Positions 56,356 to 64,000 of a stretch of 64,000 nucleotides of DNA are shown piece by piece. The position numbers and the translations under genes were made by a program. This DNA comes from Myxococcota bacterium (GTDB lineage: Bacteria; Myxococcota_A; SURF-8): positions 480,001 to 544,000 of the forward strand of contig OZ223209.1 of assembly GCA_965140415.1 (NCBI GenBank), given 5' to 3'. The notes beneath the pieces were generated by a model. The model made no database searches, was not told where the DNA came from, and was given only the letters and a program-made list of their open reading frames with translations. Within the stretch, counting starts at the first letter, position 1. The number at the start of each line of letters is the position of its first letter.

Positions 56356-57336
56356 TCAGGGCGTTAGCAGGGCGTAGATATGCGGGCGGGGTTCGTGTTG
56401 AAATCCCTTGAACCAGAGACAGGCATCCGAGCGGTCGAACACTGGTTCATAGATCGAGAAGAAGGTGGTGTTTTCCTCGATTTCGATCTTGAAGTCATGG
56501 TCGCTGTTTTTAGCCAGGGAATTACAATCGTAACTCAGATAACGCCAGCGAGGTATCAAATCCTTTTTCGGGTAGAACTTCAACCAATCGCCGGTGTCGC
56601 CGTCGTGCGACAGGCACAAGCGCAGCATCCATTCGAAATCGGGGCTTTCACCCAGTTCGTGGTACTCTTCGCCATCCCCTGTCGACGTGGACAAGGTACA
56701 GGCTGCCGCAAAAAGCAGGTGCAGGCGATTCGCCCAGGCTGGCAAGTAAAGCGTGAACGTAGTGGAACCGATTTGCTGGTATGGATGCACGGCTGCACCG
56801 GATAAGGGCGTTTGGCTCAACGGTGAAAACAGTCGGACAAGCGTCGCCCCACGGCTTTCGTCGTATTCGACATGCTTGATAAAGTACCGCCCCGTATTGC
56901 CGGAATCTTCCAGCGTCAAATGCCTGCAACCGTCGAATAAGGCGGCTACATTGTTGCCGACCCAAAAACGCCACAGGTTGTTGGGCTGGCTGCCATCCAC
57001 AACGGGAAATGGGTATTGCGGTGTATACAGGTAATCCGAATCGGCACAGGAGAAAGCACGAGTTAGTGGAAGGTATTCGTCATTGGCATTGATCGCAGGA
57101 ACGGATGGCATTCCGATTTCGTAGAGAAGATACAAGGGGATTTGTGCTCCGCCCTGTTCGGCGTGATCGTGACCGGAGAGCGAGTTCGTCGATCCGGGAA
57201 GATTTTGATCGGTGGCGATCTTGTACAGGTAATTGATATTCTGACCGATATCCTCCAGGTCCGAGGCAACGATCGGGCGATCCACCTGAATTCGATCCGC
57301 ACTGATCGGTTGAAATTCCGTGTCTTGGAAACTCAC
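56356..57336 (-). CDS. Phage tail fibre/tip-like protein 2
   Basis: FQPISADRIQVDRPI..N..YL..SGHDH..GG. Beta-rich. RBS aggag. Coupled to the upstream gene. Confidence 0.65.
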   Translation of the reverse strand: MSFQDTEFQPISADRIQVDRPIVASDLEDIGQNINYLYKIATDQNLPGSTNSLSGHDHAEQGGAQIPLYLLYEIGMPSVPAINANDEYLPLTRAFSCADSDYLYTPQYPFPVVDGSQPNNLWRFWVGNNVAALFDGCRHLTLEDSGNTGRYFIKHVEYDESRGATLVRLFSPLSQTPLSGAAVHPYQQIGSTTFTLYLPAWANRLHLLFAAACTLSTSTGDGEEYHELGESPDFEWMLRLCLSHDGDTGDWLKFYPKKDLIPRWRYLSYDCNSLAKNSDHDFKIEIEENTTFFSIYEPVFDRSDACLWFKGFQHEPRPHIYALLTP

Positions 57337-57337
57337 G

Positions 57338-58042
57338 CTATTCTCCTTTCAACAAGCCGATTCCGTTGTACAGCGAACCGGAAAACGGTTTGAAGCGGGC
57401 GTCGTCTGAACAGATGTGCGCTGTGGCTTCGGAACTGCTCGATTTCAATTCCAACTTCAACTGCCGCCAGCCGGTAAATGACAGATCGTTAGGCAAGGAG
57501 AGTTTTAATTCCACCATGTTCCAGCCAATCATCCAGCAACTGGCTTCACAGGAAGCAAGGCTTTGCCCGCTATCCAATAAAGACAGCCGTGCCCAGGCCA
57601 GGCCATCGCCACTGACTTTCATCAACACGCGCAGAATCAGTTCTTTGTAGTCTCGGTCGAGCAGGATGCTTGGCGTTAAAAGACTGATCCGCGATCCCGC
57701 CGCTTCTACGCCTGCTGCACTTGGGCCGCCGGTGTTGAATATCTCCCAGTACACCGGTTGGTAAGACGTCTCGGTGGTCTGCTGTGGATAGATGTGACCG
57801 ATATCGAAACTTCCGTGACGTGCAACGTAGGCTCCGTCGCCATCGCGTCCGTGACAATGTCCGGAAACCGTCTGCGTGGAATTTCCGGCAATCGCTTCGT
57901 CGGTAAGGTATTCGCCTAGTGCCGCCTGGTTTCTCATCATCTCGAACAGAAGATCCGCCCCAAGCGGCTGATCCTGTGCGACCTCCTCATCGTACAAGGG
58001 GCGAATCTCGTTCATCGTGTGGTTTGGAATGCGGTTGCTCAT
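57338..58042 (-). CDS. Phage tail fibre/tip-like protein 1
   Basis: IRPLYDEEVAQDQPL..N..AL..SGHCH..G. Directly follows the hub gene. Confidence 0.65.
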   Translation of the reverse strand: MSNRIPNHTMNEIRPLYDEEVAQDQPLGADLLFEMMRNQAALGEYLTDEAIAGNSTQTVSGHCHGRDGDGAYVARHGSFDIGHIYPQQTTETSYQPVYWEIFNTGGPSAAGVEAAGSRISLLTPSILLDRDYKELILRVLMKVSGDGLAWARLSLLDSGQSLASCEASCWMIGWNMVELKLSLPNDLSFTGWRQLKLELKSSSSEATAHICSDDARFKPFSGSLYNGIGLLKGE

Positions 58043-58051
58043 GTGCGTTTC

Positions 58052-61000
58052 CTAAAATGAATATTGATAAGCTGCAGCATCGTTCTGACCCAGGTGGGTA
58101 TCGCTATCAGCCAGATACACGAACAACTGCAACATACCTGTGGAAGATTCATGCTCGTCGTACTCGCAGGGGAGCAGCAGATCCCCGCTTTGTGGCGAGA
58201 AACCGGGAAGTTCATTGAGCGTAAGCGTGGCGATTTGTGCCGATTCCCACAGGCTGTCATCAATGCCGTCGATGGCGACTGTCAGTGGATCGGATACCGT
58301 GTAGCTGCCTGTTTGCAGGCTGATAATCTGCTTGATGCAAAGCTTGTCTCCGGAACTGTAGACCTCGCTTGGCTTTACATCGTCGGGCCAGAAATCGTCG
58401 TAGATGATAGTAAGGTGTTTTTCCGCTTCATCCCAACTGTCGATAGTCGCTGCCGGTGCAATGCCGCCATAGTTCGCCAGGCCACGTTCCAGCAGTCCAA
58501 GGCGAGTTACGTTGTCGGCAAGATCCACCTCCAACTCTACGATGTCGTAAATCACGTTGGAGATGCCGCGTGCGCCGGAGCCGTCGGGTAACAAGGATGA
58601 GCTAAGCTGTACCCGGCCAAAGAGTCCTAGCTGCCATGCGCAGGATGAGAAAACCGCTGCTTGTGCGCTGGTTAAGAAGCGATTGTATTGTCGTATCCAG
58701 CGCCAGGCCAGATCGTAGGCGATTCCTTCTCCGTCGCCGTCGAACAATCCGTTACGGGTAGAGTGCAAACAGTGTGAATCGATGGAAAGGGTATGATCGT
58801 CATCGTTGAAGTAAATCGAATCGGAAGTGGAATCGTCATCGATAATCACCTTGGAGCCGAATTCCTCGCTGGTCGGATCGTAATCGAGTTGCAACTCTAC
58901 ACGGTTGATGCGCAGATCTTCCCGCCATTGAATTTGCGGTGCGTCTACGATTTCCGCATGCGTGATGTCCAGATCGGCGCTTTCGTGGGCCAGTTTCGGA
59001 TAAAAGCGCGAGGCAGCGATTTGTCCGGCGCGATTGGCAAACAGGTGAAAACCGAACGAACGGCAGATATCATCGATCACATCGCGATAGCTTTGTTCGG
59101 GTAACACCAAGGCCCGAAACGATTTTCCCCCGCTAACGGCATAGTCGATTGCCAGTCGTTGCAGACTTTCGGTGTCGATCAGCCCGTCGGGCAGCGTCAA
59201 CCCATACAGGGAGTTCGGGCGGCTGCTATCCAGCAAGTCATGCAAGAACTCGATCGGTTGCGCGTTGAAGATTCGCAACAAGCCGCTGGAGATGTAATAA
59301 AACCGGTCGGAGCTCCACAGCTCTTCTACCAAGCTGCCGCCACTGTGAGCGCAAGCGGTTGTCTGGTAAAGCCCTCGCACGCAATCGTCCAGATAGGGTA
59401 TCGGTGTCAGTGTCACCGTGGCCAGGCTGCTGTGGGAGGCGGCTTCGCTTCCCCATGCGCCTCGATAACAATTTAAAAGGCGGCTGCCATCGCCACTGCT
59501 TTCGTACAGAATCGTTTCCGAATCGATTTGAATGATTCCCCCGCGAGCGGGAAAGCCGCTGCTGTCCGAAAGATAAATCACATCCTCTTCGGCATCGATG
59601 GCCTGTGCCAGTATACTTGTAACGGGAGAATCCGAATCGGCCAGTTGCAGGCAATCGTAGTAGATGTATTCATCATCAACGCGCACCACATGTCCGATTG
59701 AAAGTAGGTGCTGGGTGGAACCCGGCAGTGTTTCCGGCTGGAGGTAGATGCGCCGATTATAAGGGCCGATTCCGGTGGCGATGGCCTGGTTGGCCGTAAT
59801 TTCCGCATAGACCGTATCCGGTTGTTCCGAATAATAATCCTGATTCTGATAGAGTTTGCCCTGTTCGGTCTCGAAACCGAGGCTCGGCCAAATCGAGTCC
59901 CGGCGCTGTTGATCGCTGCCATCCACCACGAGTTGAAAAAGAAAACCAACCATGACTCTAAGCTGAATATTGCCATCGGCGGTGATCGTGAATTCCGCTT
60001 GCAGTTCGGGAGCCTGTTCATAGAAAATGCGTTGCAGCACGGTGGCGATATTTCGCGGATGGCCGATCGAATCGATATCGGAAAGATATGCTCCCGGAGG
60101 CAGAGAAACACTCACGTGGCTCCAGGGCAGGCCGGGAAAGGCGCAGTGCCGGAAATAGATGGTGTCGTTACCGGCGCGGCCAGAACCGTCACGCTGACCA
60201 TGTAGCATCAGCACGGGAAAGATGCTGGAGCGTCCCATGTGACGACCGATGCGGCTGTTCAAACGCGAGAGCGGATCGCTTAAACTGATGGAAAAGGTGG
60301 CCAGGTTATCCGCAGAAGGCGACACCGAATCGATGAATCCGGCAAACAGCACCGGATCTTCCGCGCTGTAATCGGTGCCGAGCGCCTTTTTGACCTGCAT
60401 CAAACGGTTTCGCCAATAGGGATTGCATGGCCAGACCCTTGAGCCGGAAGGATGTGCTTTGGCCTCTGTTCCCAATACGCCGCGCTCGCAGTCGGTCAGA
60501 GTGTTGTCATTCAACCCGGTATAACGAATCGCTTCGTGTCCGACATACGCCACCCCGCTTAGGGCAAAACCTTCGCTGCTATTTAAGACGAGACTGGTTG
60601 CCGACTCAGTGATCTCTTCCGATAATAACTGTGCCAGTGTTTCAGCTCGCCTGGGAGCGAAAGCCGAAGTCAGTGCGCCATCCAGATCCGCGAGATTGAC
60701 CTGAAGGCCGCCGCAGGTGGAAATTCCTGCTTTCGGATCGATATGCTGCGAAAGCGAACTCGGCAGGTTTTGCTGGTCGAGATAATAGGCGGCAATCAGG
60801 TTGGTGCCATTCAGATCCAGTCCTTCAATCGTTAAATATAAAGGCTGCGTTGCGGCATCATGTCGGAAGTAGACGGTATTGTATTCCGAATCAACTTCGG
60901 AATGATCGGTAGAAAGGCTGTAAACTCCGGCCAGCCCGGCAAAGGAGAATTCCAGATAAGAAGTTGTACTGGTGTTTGCTTCGGCTCGAACGGCTAGCAG

Positions 61001-61165
61001 GCGCTCTCCTCTTGTCGGTGTTCCCCATGATCCTTCAGTATAACAGTTCAGGTTCCAACTGGTTGGATCGAGCAGTTCCGCGTCGATGATGGAAGGAGAT
61101 TGCAGGCGCACTCGAATGCGATCCGGGGCGGTGAAAAAACCGCTTCGTTGAAAACGGATGGTCAT
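58052..61165 (-). CDS. Large phage baseplate hub / central tail-tip protein
   Basis: 1037 aa. VLFAGFID..ISLSDPL hub-like motif, three RG..(G)T.A..H motifs, INRVELQLDY. Position after TMP and Dit-like genes. Confidence 0.7.
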   Translation of the reverse strand: MTIRFQRSGFFTAPDRIRVRLQSPSIIDAELLDPTSWNLNCYTEGSWGTPTRGERLLAVRAEANTSTTSYLEFSFAGLAGVYSLSTDHSEVDSEYNTVYFRHDAATQPLYLTIEGLDLNGTNLIAAYYLDQQNLPSSLSQHIDPKAGISTCGGLQVNLADLDGALTSAFAPRRAETLAQLLSEEITESATSLVLNSSEGFALSGVAYVGHEAIRYTGLNDNTLTDCERGVLGTEAKAHPSGSRVWPCNPYWRNRLMQVKKALGTDYSAEDPVLFAGFIDSVSPSADNLATFSISLSDPLSRLNSRIGRHMGRSSIFPVLMLHGQRDGSGRAGNDTIYFRHCAFPGLPWSHVSVSLPPGAYLSDIDSIGHPRNIATVLQRIFYEQAPELQAEFTITADGNIQLRVMVGFLFQLVVDGSDQQRRDSIWPSLGFETEQGKLYQNQDYYSEQPDTVYAEITANQAIATGIGPYNRRIYLQPETLPGSTQHLLSIGHVVRVDDEYIYYDCLQLADSDSPVTSILAQAIDAEEDVIYLSDSSGFPARGGIIQIDSETILYESSGDGSRLLNCYRGAWGSEAASHSSLATVTLTPIPYLDDCVRGLYQTTACAHSGGSLVEELWSSDRFYYISSGLLRIFNAQPIEFLHDLLDSSRPNSLYGLTLPDGLIDTESLQRLAIDYAVSGGKSFRALVLPEQSYRDVIDDICRSFGFHLFANRAGQIAASRFYPKLAHESADLDITHAEIVDAPQIQWREDLRINRVELQLDYDPTSEEFGSKVIIDDDSTSDSIYFNDDDHTLSIDSHCLHSTRNGLFDGDGEGIAYDLAWRWIRQYNRFLTSAQAAVFSSCAWQLGLFGRVQLSSSLLPDGSGARGISNVIYDIVELEVDLADNVTRLGLLERGLANYGGIAPAATIDSWDEAEKHLTIIYDDFWPDDVKPSEVYSSGDKLCIKQIISLQTGSYTVSDPLTVAIDGIDDSLWESAQIATLTLNELPGFSPQSGDLLLPCEYDEHESSTGMLQLFVYLADSDTHLGQNDAAAYQYSF

Positions 61166-61881
61166 TGGCAGTACTCCAATGGTAGTGAAACGTTGTAAAA
61201 AGCCGGATTAGGTAACGACCAGCAACGGCGCGGGCGAAACTCCGTACCGGATTGAACGTTCACATGTACTCGATCTAAAAACAAATAGGCATCGCTGCTT
61301 AACTCGGCGCCCCAATCGGTTTTCAGATAAAGAGGTTGCCGGTCCATAACATTGCCGAGCCAAAGAGACTGTAACCGCGCCAGTTGATCGGGCGATAACG
61401 CAGAAAGTTGCAGGTTTCGGGTTTGTCCCGCAGAGATTCTCTGGCTGTTGCTCACACCTGTCAAAGACATCGCCATGCTTGAACGAGAAGTCGTGAACGG
61501 ACTGTCATCCTGGCTTGGATCGTCGCACAACATGGTATTCGCCGGGTTATTCGGCGAACTCCACAGGGGTTGCGCAGGAGAATGCAAGCCTTGGGAAAAT
61601 CCAAGAACTTCGTGGCAGCCTGTAGCCGGAAAATTGAGCTGCACTGGTTGGGTGTGCCATAGCAACACCTGTGCGCCACAATGATCCGTGCGTTGTTGCA
61701 ATCGAACCTGCATTCCGAAATCGAAAAGTTTTTCGGAAAGATTGGCAAGCAGTTCCTGTAACGTCGGATAGCTTCCCGTGTTCAGCGAGACATCCAGCCA
61801 GATTAAGGAATCCGATGTCTTTACCTGCAAGGATCTGTTTTCAGAATCAATGTTAATCGGTGAAAAAATGGCCAGGGTCAT
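61162..61881 (-). CDS. Distal-tail (Dit)-like protein, paralog 2
   Basis: Coupled by ATGA overlaps. Shares SY..L.EL...LSEK, LGF and later motifs with 61878-62582. Confidence 0.6.
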   Translation of the reverse strand: MTLAIFSPINIDSENRSLQVKTSDSLIWLDVSLNTGSYPTLQELLANLSEKLFDFGMQVRLQQRTDHCGAQVLLWHTQPVQLNFPATGCHEVLGFSQGLHSPAQPLWSSPNNPANTMLCDDPSQDDSPFTTSRSSMAMSLTGVSNSQRISAGQTRNLQLSALSPDQLARLQSLWLGNVMDRQPLYLKTDWGAELSSDAYLFLDRVHVNVQSGTEFRPRRCWSLPNPAFYNVSLPLEYCQ

Positions 61882-62582
61882 GCGGATTCCTTTCGTAAGG
61901 ACAACTGCGCCCGAAAGTAGCCCGACTGCGGCGGTTGCCGTTTAAGCCAGTTTGTGGAATTTTGTATGAAATCCTGATCCAGCGTGCAGGAAAGAAAGTC
62001 TGGCGTGTCATTCGCATACAGGCGCAGGGGACGTCCGTCTGCGGCCAACGCCATCCACTCCTGAAAACGGTGCGCCTCTAAAGTTGTCAGGTAATCAAGT
62101 TTCAGTGACATCCGAGATTGCTGTCGAATCGGAAGCGAAACTATTTGTCCGCTATAGCCCTGGGCCTGGTGTGACTCAACGTGAATTTCTTCAGCCGAAA
62201 TCTCGCCGAAGAACTCCCGAAAAAACAAACCGGTTGGCGTGCGTTCCGAGGTATGAGTGGTTCCTTCGGAAAATTCGATAGCGGTATTGAATCCCAATAA
62301 ATCCAGCAGGGCGCTGTGCGTGGCTGGCTGGATATCGGTCACAAGGCGAAAATATTCGGTTGCACCGATGGTAACGATACCGTTTGTGTCGAGGTTTGCA
62401 TAGCCACCTGAAAATCGTGCGGATATCTTTTCCGAAAGCGCCGCGATGAGTTCATGCAGATCCGTATAGCTACAGGCTGGGATGGCGATTTCGTACAACG
62501 ATGCGCCCTTGGCGGTATAGAAGCGACAATTGCTGTATCCGGCTTGATCAACCAGGATCTGTTGACAATGCAGGCTCGGCAT
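61878..62582 (-). CDS. Distal-tail (Dit)-like protein, paralog 1
   Basis: Immediately after the TMP (TGATG overlap), typical size and position. Confidence 0.6.
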   Translation of the reverse strand: MPSLHCQQILVDQAGYSNCRFYTAKGASLYEIAIPACSYTDLHELIAALSEKISARFSGGYANLDTNGIVTIGATEYFRLVTDIQPATHSALLDLLGFNTAIEFSEGTTHTSERTPTGLFFREFFGEISAEEIHVESHQAQGYSGQIVSLPIRQQSRMSLKLDYLTTLEAHRFQEWMALAADGRPLRLYANDTPDFLSCTLDQDFIQNSTNWLKRQPPQSGYFRAQLSLRKESA

Positions 62583-63310
62583 CAGACTGCCTCCACGGCG
62601 CGGCGGGCGATCAACGGCGCGGTGCGCCCCGAATGACGATTGATCGCTCCTGCGGCAATGCGAGCCAAGCCGCGTTCGTCGTAAACACCACCGGAAAAGT
62701 GGTAGTAGTACACGATCTGTGGCGAGCTTTGAGATTCGCCGCTGTCCAGTGAGTTGGTATTTACAGCCTGAGATGAGGCGGCGGATGAACCGGAGGCCGA
62801 GTAGCTTAGACTACTGCCGGAGCCGCCGTCTCCCTGGCTTTTCAAGGTATCGGAGAAGGCTTTGATCACGCCACCGATCGCGATCAGTGCCAACCCGCCT
62901 GCAAACAGCGCCGCAGGGTTACCGCTGAATAGTGCTGAAAGTACGTTGCTGGCGGCAATCGCCGCAGTACCAAGCATGATGCTGAACTGGGAAAGAATCG
63001 AAAGGAAGTTGGCGAAAAAGCTTTTACCGGAAACTTCGCCACCCGTCAGCAATACGCCGACCATATAGCCGACCAGTTCGGTGGTGCGATTGACAAGCGT
63101 TTCCAATGCACGTGTCATGCTGCCGACTGCGCGCGCCTGGCTCGTGAATTGCAGCGTATGCATTTTTTGAACGTGACGGGTGGTCTCCGTGTACAGCTTT
63201 CGCACCTGCTTATGATAATTCTGTTCAACGACCAAACGCTGTTTGGCGCTAGGAGTGGCGGCTGTTGCAGACTCGCCCGCCTTGGATTGTTGGTTCGTAC
63301 TGCTGAGCAT
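62582..63310 (-). CDS. Very short tape-measure-like protein
   Basis: Follows the G/T chaperone pair. Helical N-terminus, hydrophobic Ala/Gly block (NPAALFAGGLALIAIGG), Ser-rich linker, terminal beta-strand plus helix. RBS aggagg. Confidence 0.7.
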   Translation of the reverse strand: MLSSTNQQSKAGESATAATPSAKQRLVVEQNYHKQVRKLYTETTRHVQKMHTLQFTSQARAVGSMTRALETLVNRTTELVGYMVGVLLTGGEVSGKSFFANFLSILSQFSIMLGTAAIAASNVLSALFSGNPAALFAGGLALIAIGGVIKAFSDTLKSQGDGGSGSSLSYSASGSSAASSQAVNTNSLDSGESQSSPQIVYYYHFSGGVYDERGLARIAAGAINRHSGRTAPLIARRAVEAV

Positions 63311-63321
63311 GAAGATACCTC

Positions 63322-63684
63322 CTAAAAATTTCGGTCTGTCTTTGCGCTGGAATTTTCCGTCGCGCGTTCGTGTAGTAAACGTTGGCGGCGGCGCATCTGG
63401 GTATGCAGATAGCCGAGCAGTTCCATCGTTTCCACAAACAAATGGGGTTGTTCCAACCAGCCACCCCGTTGCGGAAGGATGCCGTGGCTGATTCGTTGCA
63501 GCCAGTTGAACGGATCACCCAGCACAAGAGGATGCTGCATCACGTAATATCGGGGGCAACTTGCTAGCGGGATAGGCGTTTGCTCGTCCACATCCAGAAA
63601 TTCGAAACGGGCCGTAGGCGGATCGGTGCAGCGCCTACCGAAAGGACAATTTTCGCAAGTCAGGCGATCCTGTTCGCGATCCAC
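63322..63684 (-). CDS. Tail assembly chaperone, T (frameshift extension) domain
   Basis: Cys-rich start, GILPQRGGWLEQP. The frame is open back to the slippery site at 63711-63717. Confidence 0.7.
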   Translation of the reverse strand: MDREQDRLTCENCPFGRRCTDPPTARFEFLDVDEQTPIPLASCPRYYVMQHPLVLGDPFNWLQRISHGILPQRGGWLEQPHLFVETMELLGYLHTQMRRRQRLLHERATENSSAKTDRNF

Positions 63685-63707
63685 ATCATCCAGTCGGTAG
63701 GCGACGA

Positions 63708-64000
63708 TCAGTTTTTTCGGTCGCCCTCGCTAAGGCGCGAGCGCGCAAGGATGACAGAGCCGATTTCTACGATGATGTCCACCGGCAACCCGGATTGATC
63801 CAGCCAGCTGCTGCGAATCATCGCCGGATTTCCTTTTTGAATGTGCAGGCGCGGATTGAAGCCTTCGAAGTTTTCGATATCGGTTACACCGTATCGAAAC
63901 GCCAAGAGAGCGGCTTCGTGAACGGATACCTCCACATCGCCATTCTGTCCGCCGCGCATCATGCGATCCAGCAGGCGCACCACCTCGCCGTGTGTCAGCG
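63708..64000 (-). CDS. Tail assembly chaperone G-like protein (5' end outside the window)
   Basis: Frame open to the window edge (..LTHGEVVRLL..). Ends LSEGDRKN* with a slippery heptamer. Confidence 0.7.
   Translation of the reverse strand, partial: LTHGEVVRLLDRMMRGGQNGDVEVSVHEAALLAFRYGVTDIENFEGFNPRLHIQKGNPAMIRSSWLDQSGLPVDIIVEIGSVILARSRLSEGDRKN
63711..63717 (-). other. Programmed -1 ribosomal frameshift site A AAA AAC
   Basis: Minus strand reads GAC CGA AAA AAC TGA. The -1 frame reads CTG ATC GTC GCC TAC CGA CTG GAT GAT GTG GAT CGC into the downstream ORF. Confidence 0.8.

Larger units (their letters stand above)
55368..64000 (-). mobile_element. Phage-derived non-contractile tail module (prophage remnant, GTA-like or tailocin-like); continues beyond the window
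   Basis: Canonical siphovirus gene order TAC(G/GT)-TMP-Dit-hub-fibres-holin, all on one strand and tightly coupled. Confidence 0.75.

Overview
Bacterial chromosomal segment, most likely from a Myxococcota/deltaproteobacterial-type organism (GltI/GltJ-like motility genes, DGD-repeat lipoprotein, zinc-ribbon/TPR proteins). Most of it is housekeeping and envelope genes: metallophosphoesterase, acyl-CoA dehydrogenase, porins, PBP1A, TolC, xerD, asd, comF, ferredoxin and peptidase M49. Two regions stand out. (1) A cluster at 20.6-27.2 kb with AT-rich flanks: two paralogous membrane proteins, a radical SAM enzyme with the hallmarks of the archaeal tetraether synthase (Tes/GDGT-MAS) family, a GT-C-like polytopic membrane protein, a second radical SAM enzyme and a UbiA prenyltransferase. 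This is a candidate undescribed lipid or glycolipid pathway. (2) A compact phage-derived tail operon from 55.4 kb to the window end, with an intact lambda-type G/GT -1 frameshift site, a very short (242 aa) tape measure protein, duplicated Dit-like genes, a large hub, three paralogous fibre-like genes and a holin-like gene. No integrase, endolysin or att site is visible at this end, so it is a candidate GTA-like or tailocin-like domesticated element. Also present are two copies of a structured MITE/REP-like element, a FadR-like operator, and two single-base frameshifts that look like sequencing indels. I recognised no rRNA, tRNA or CRISPR array. All family assignments come from motif recognition by eye; no database search was run.
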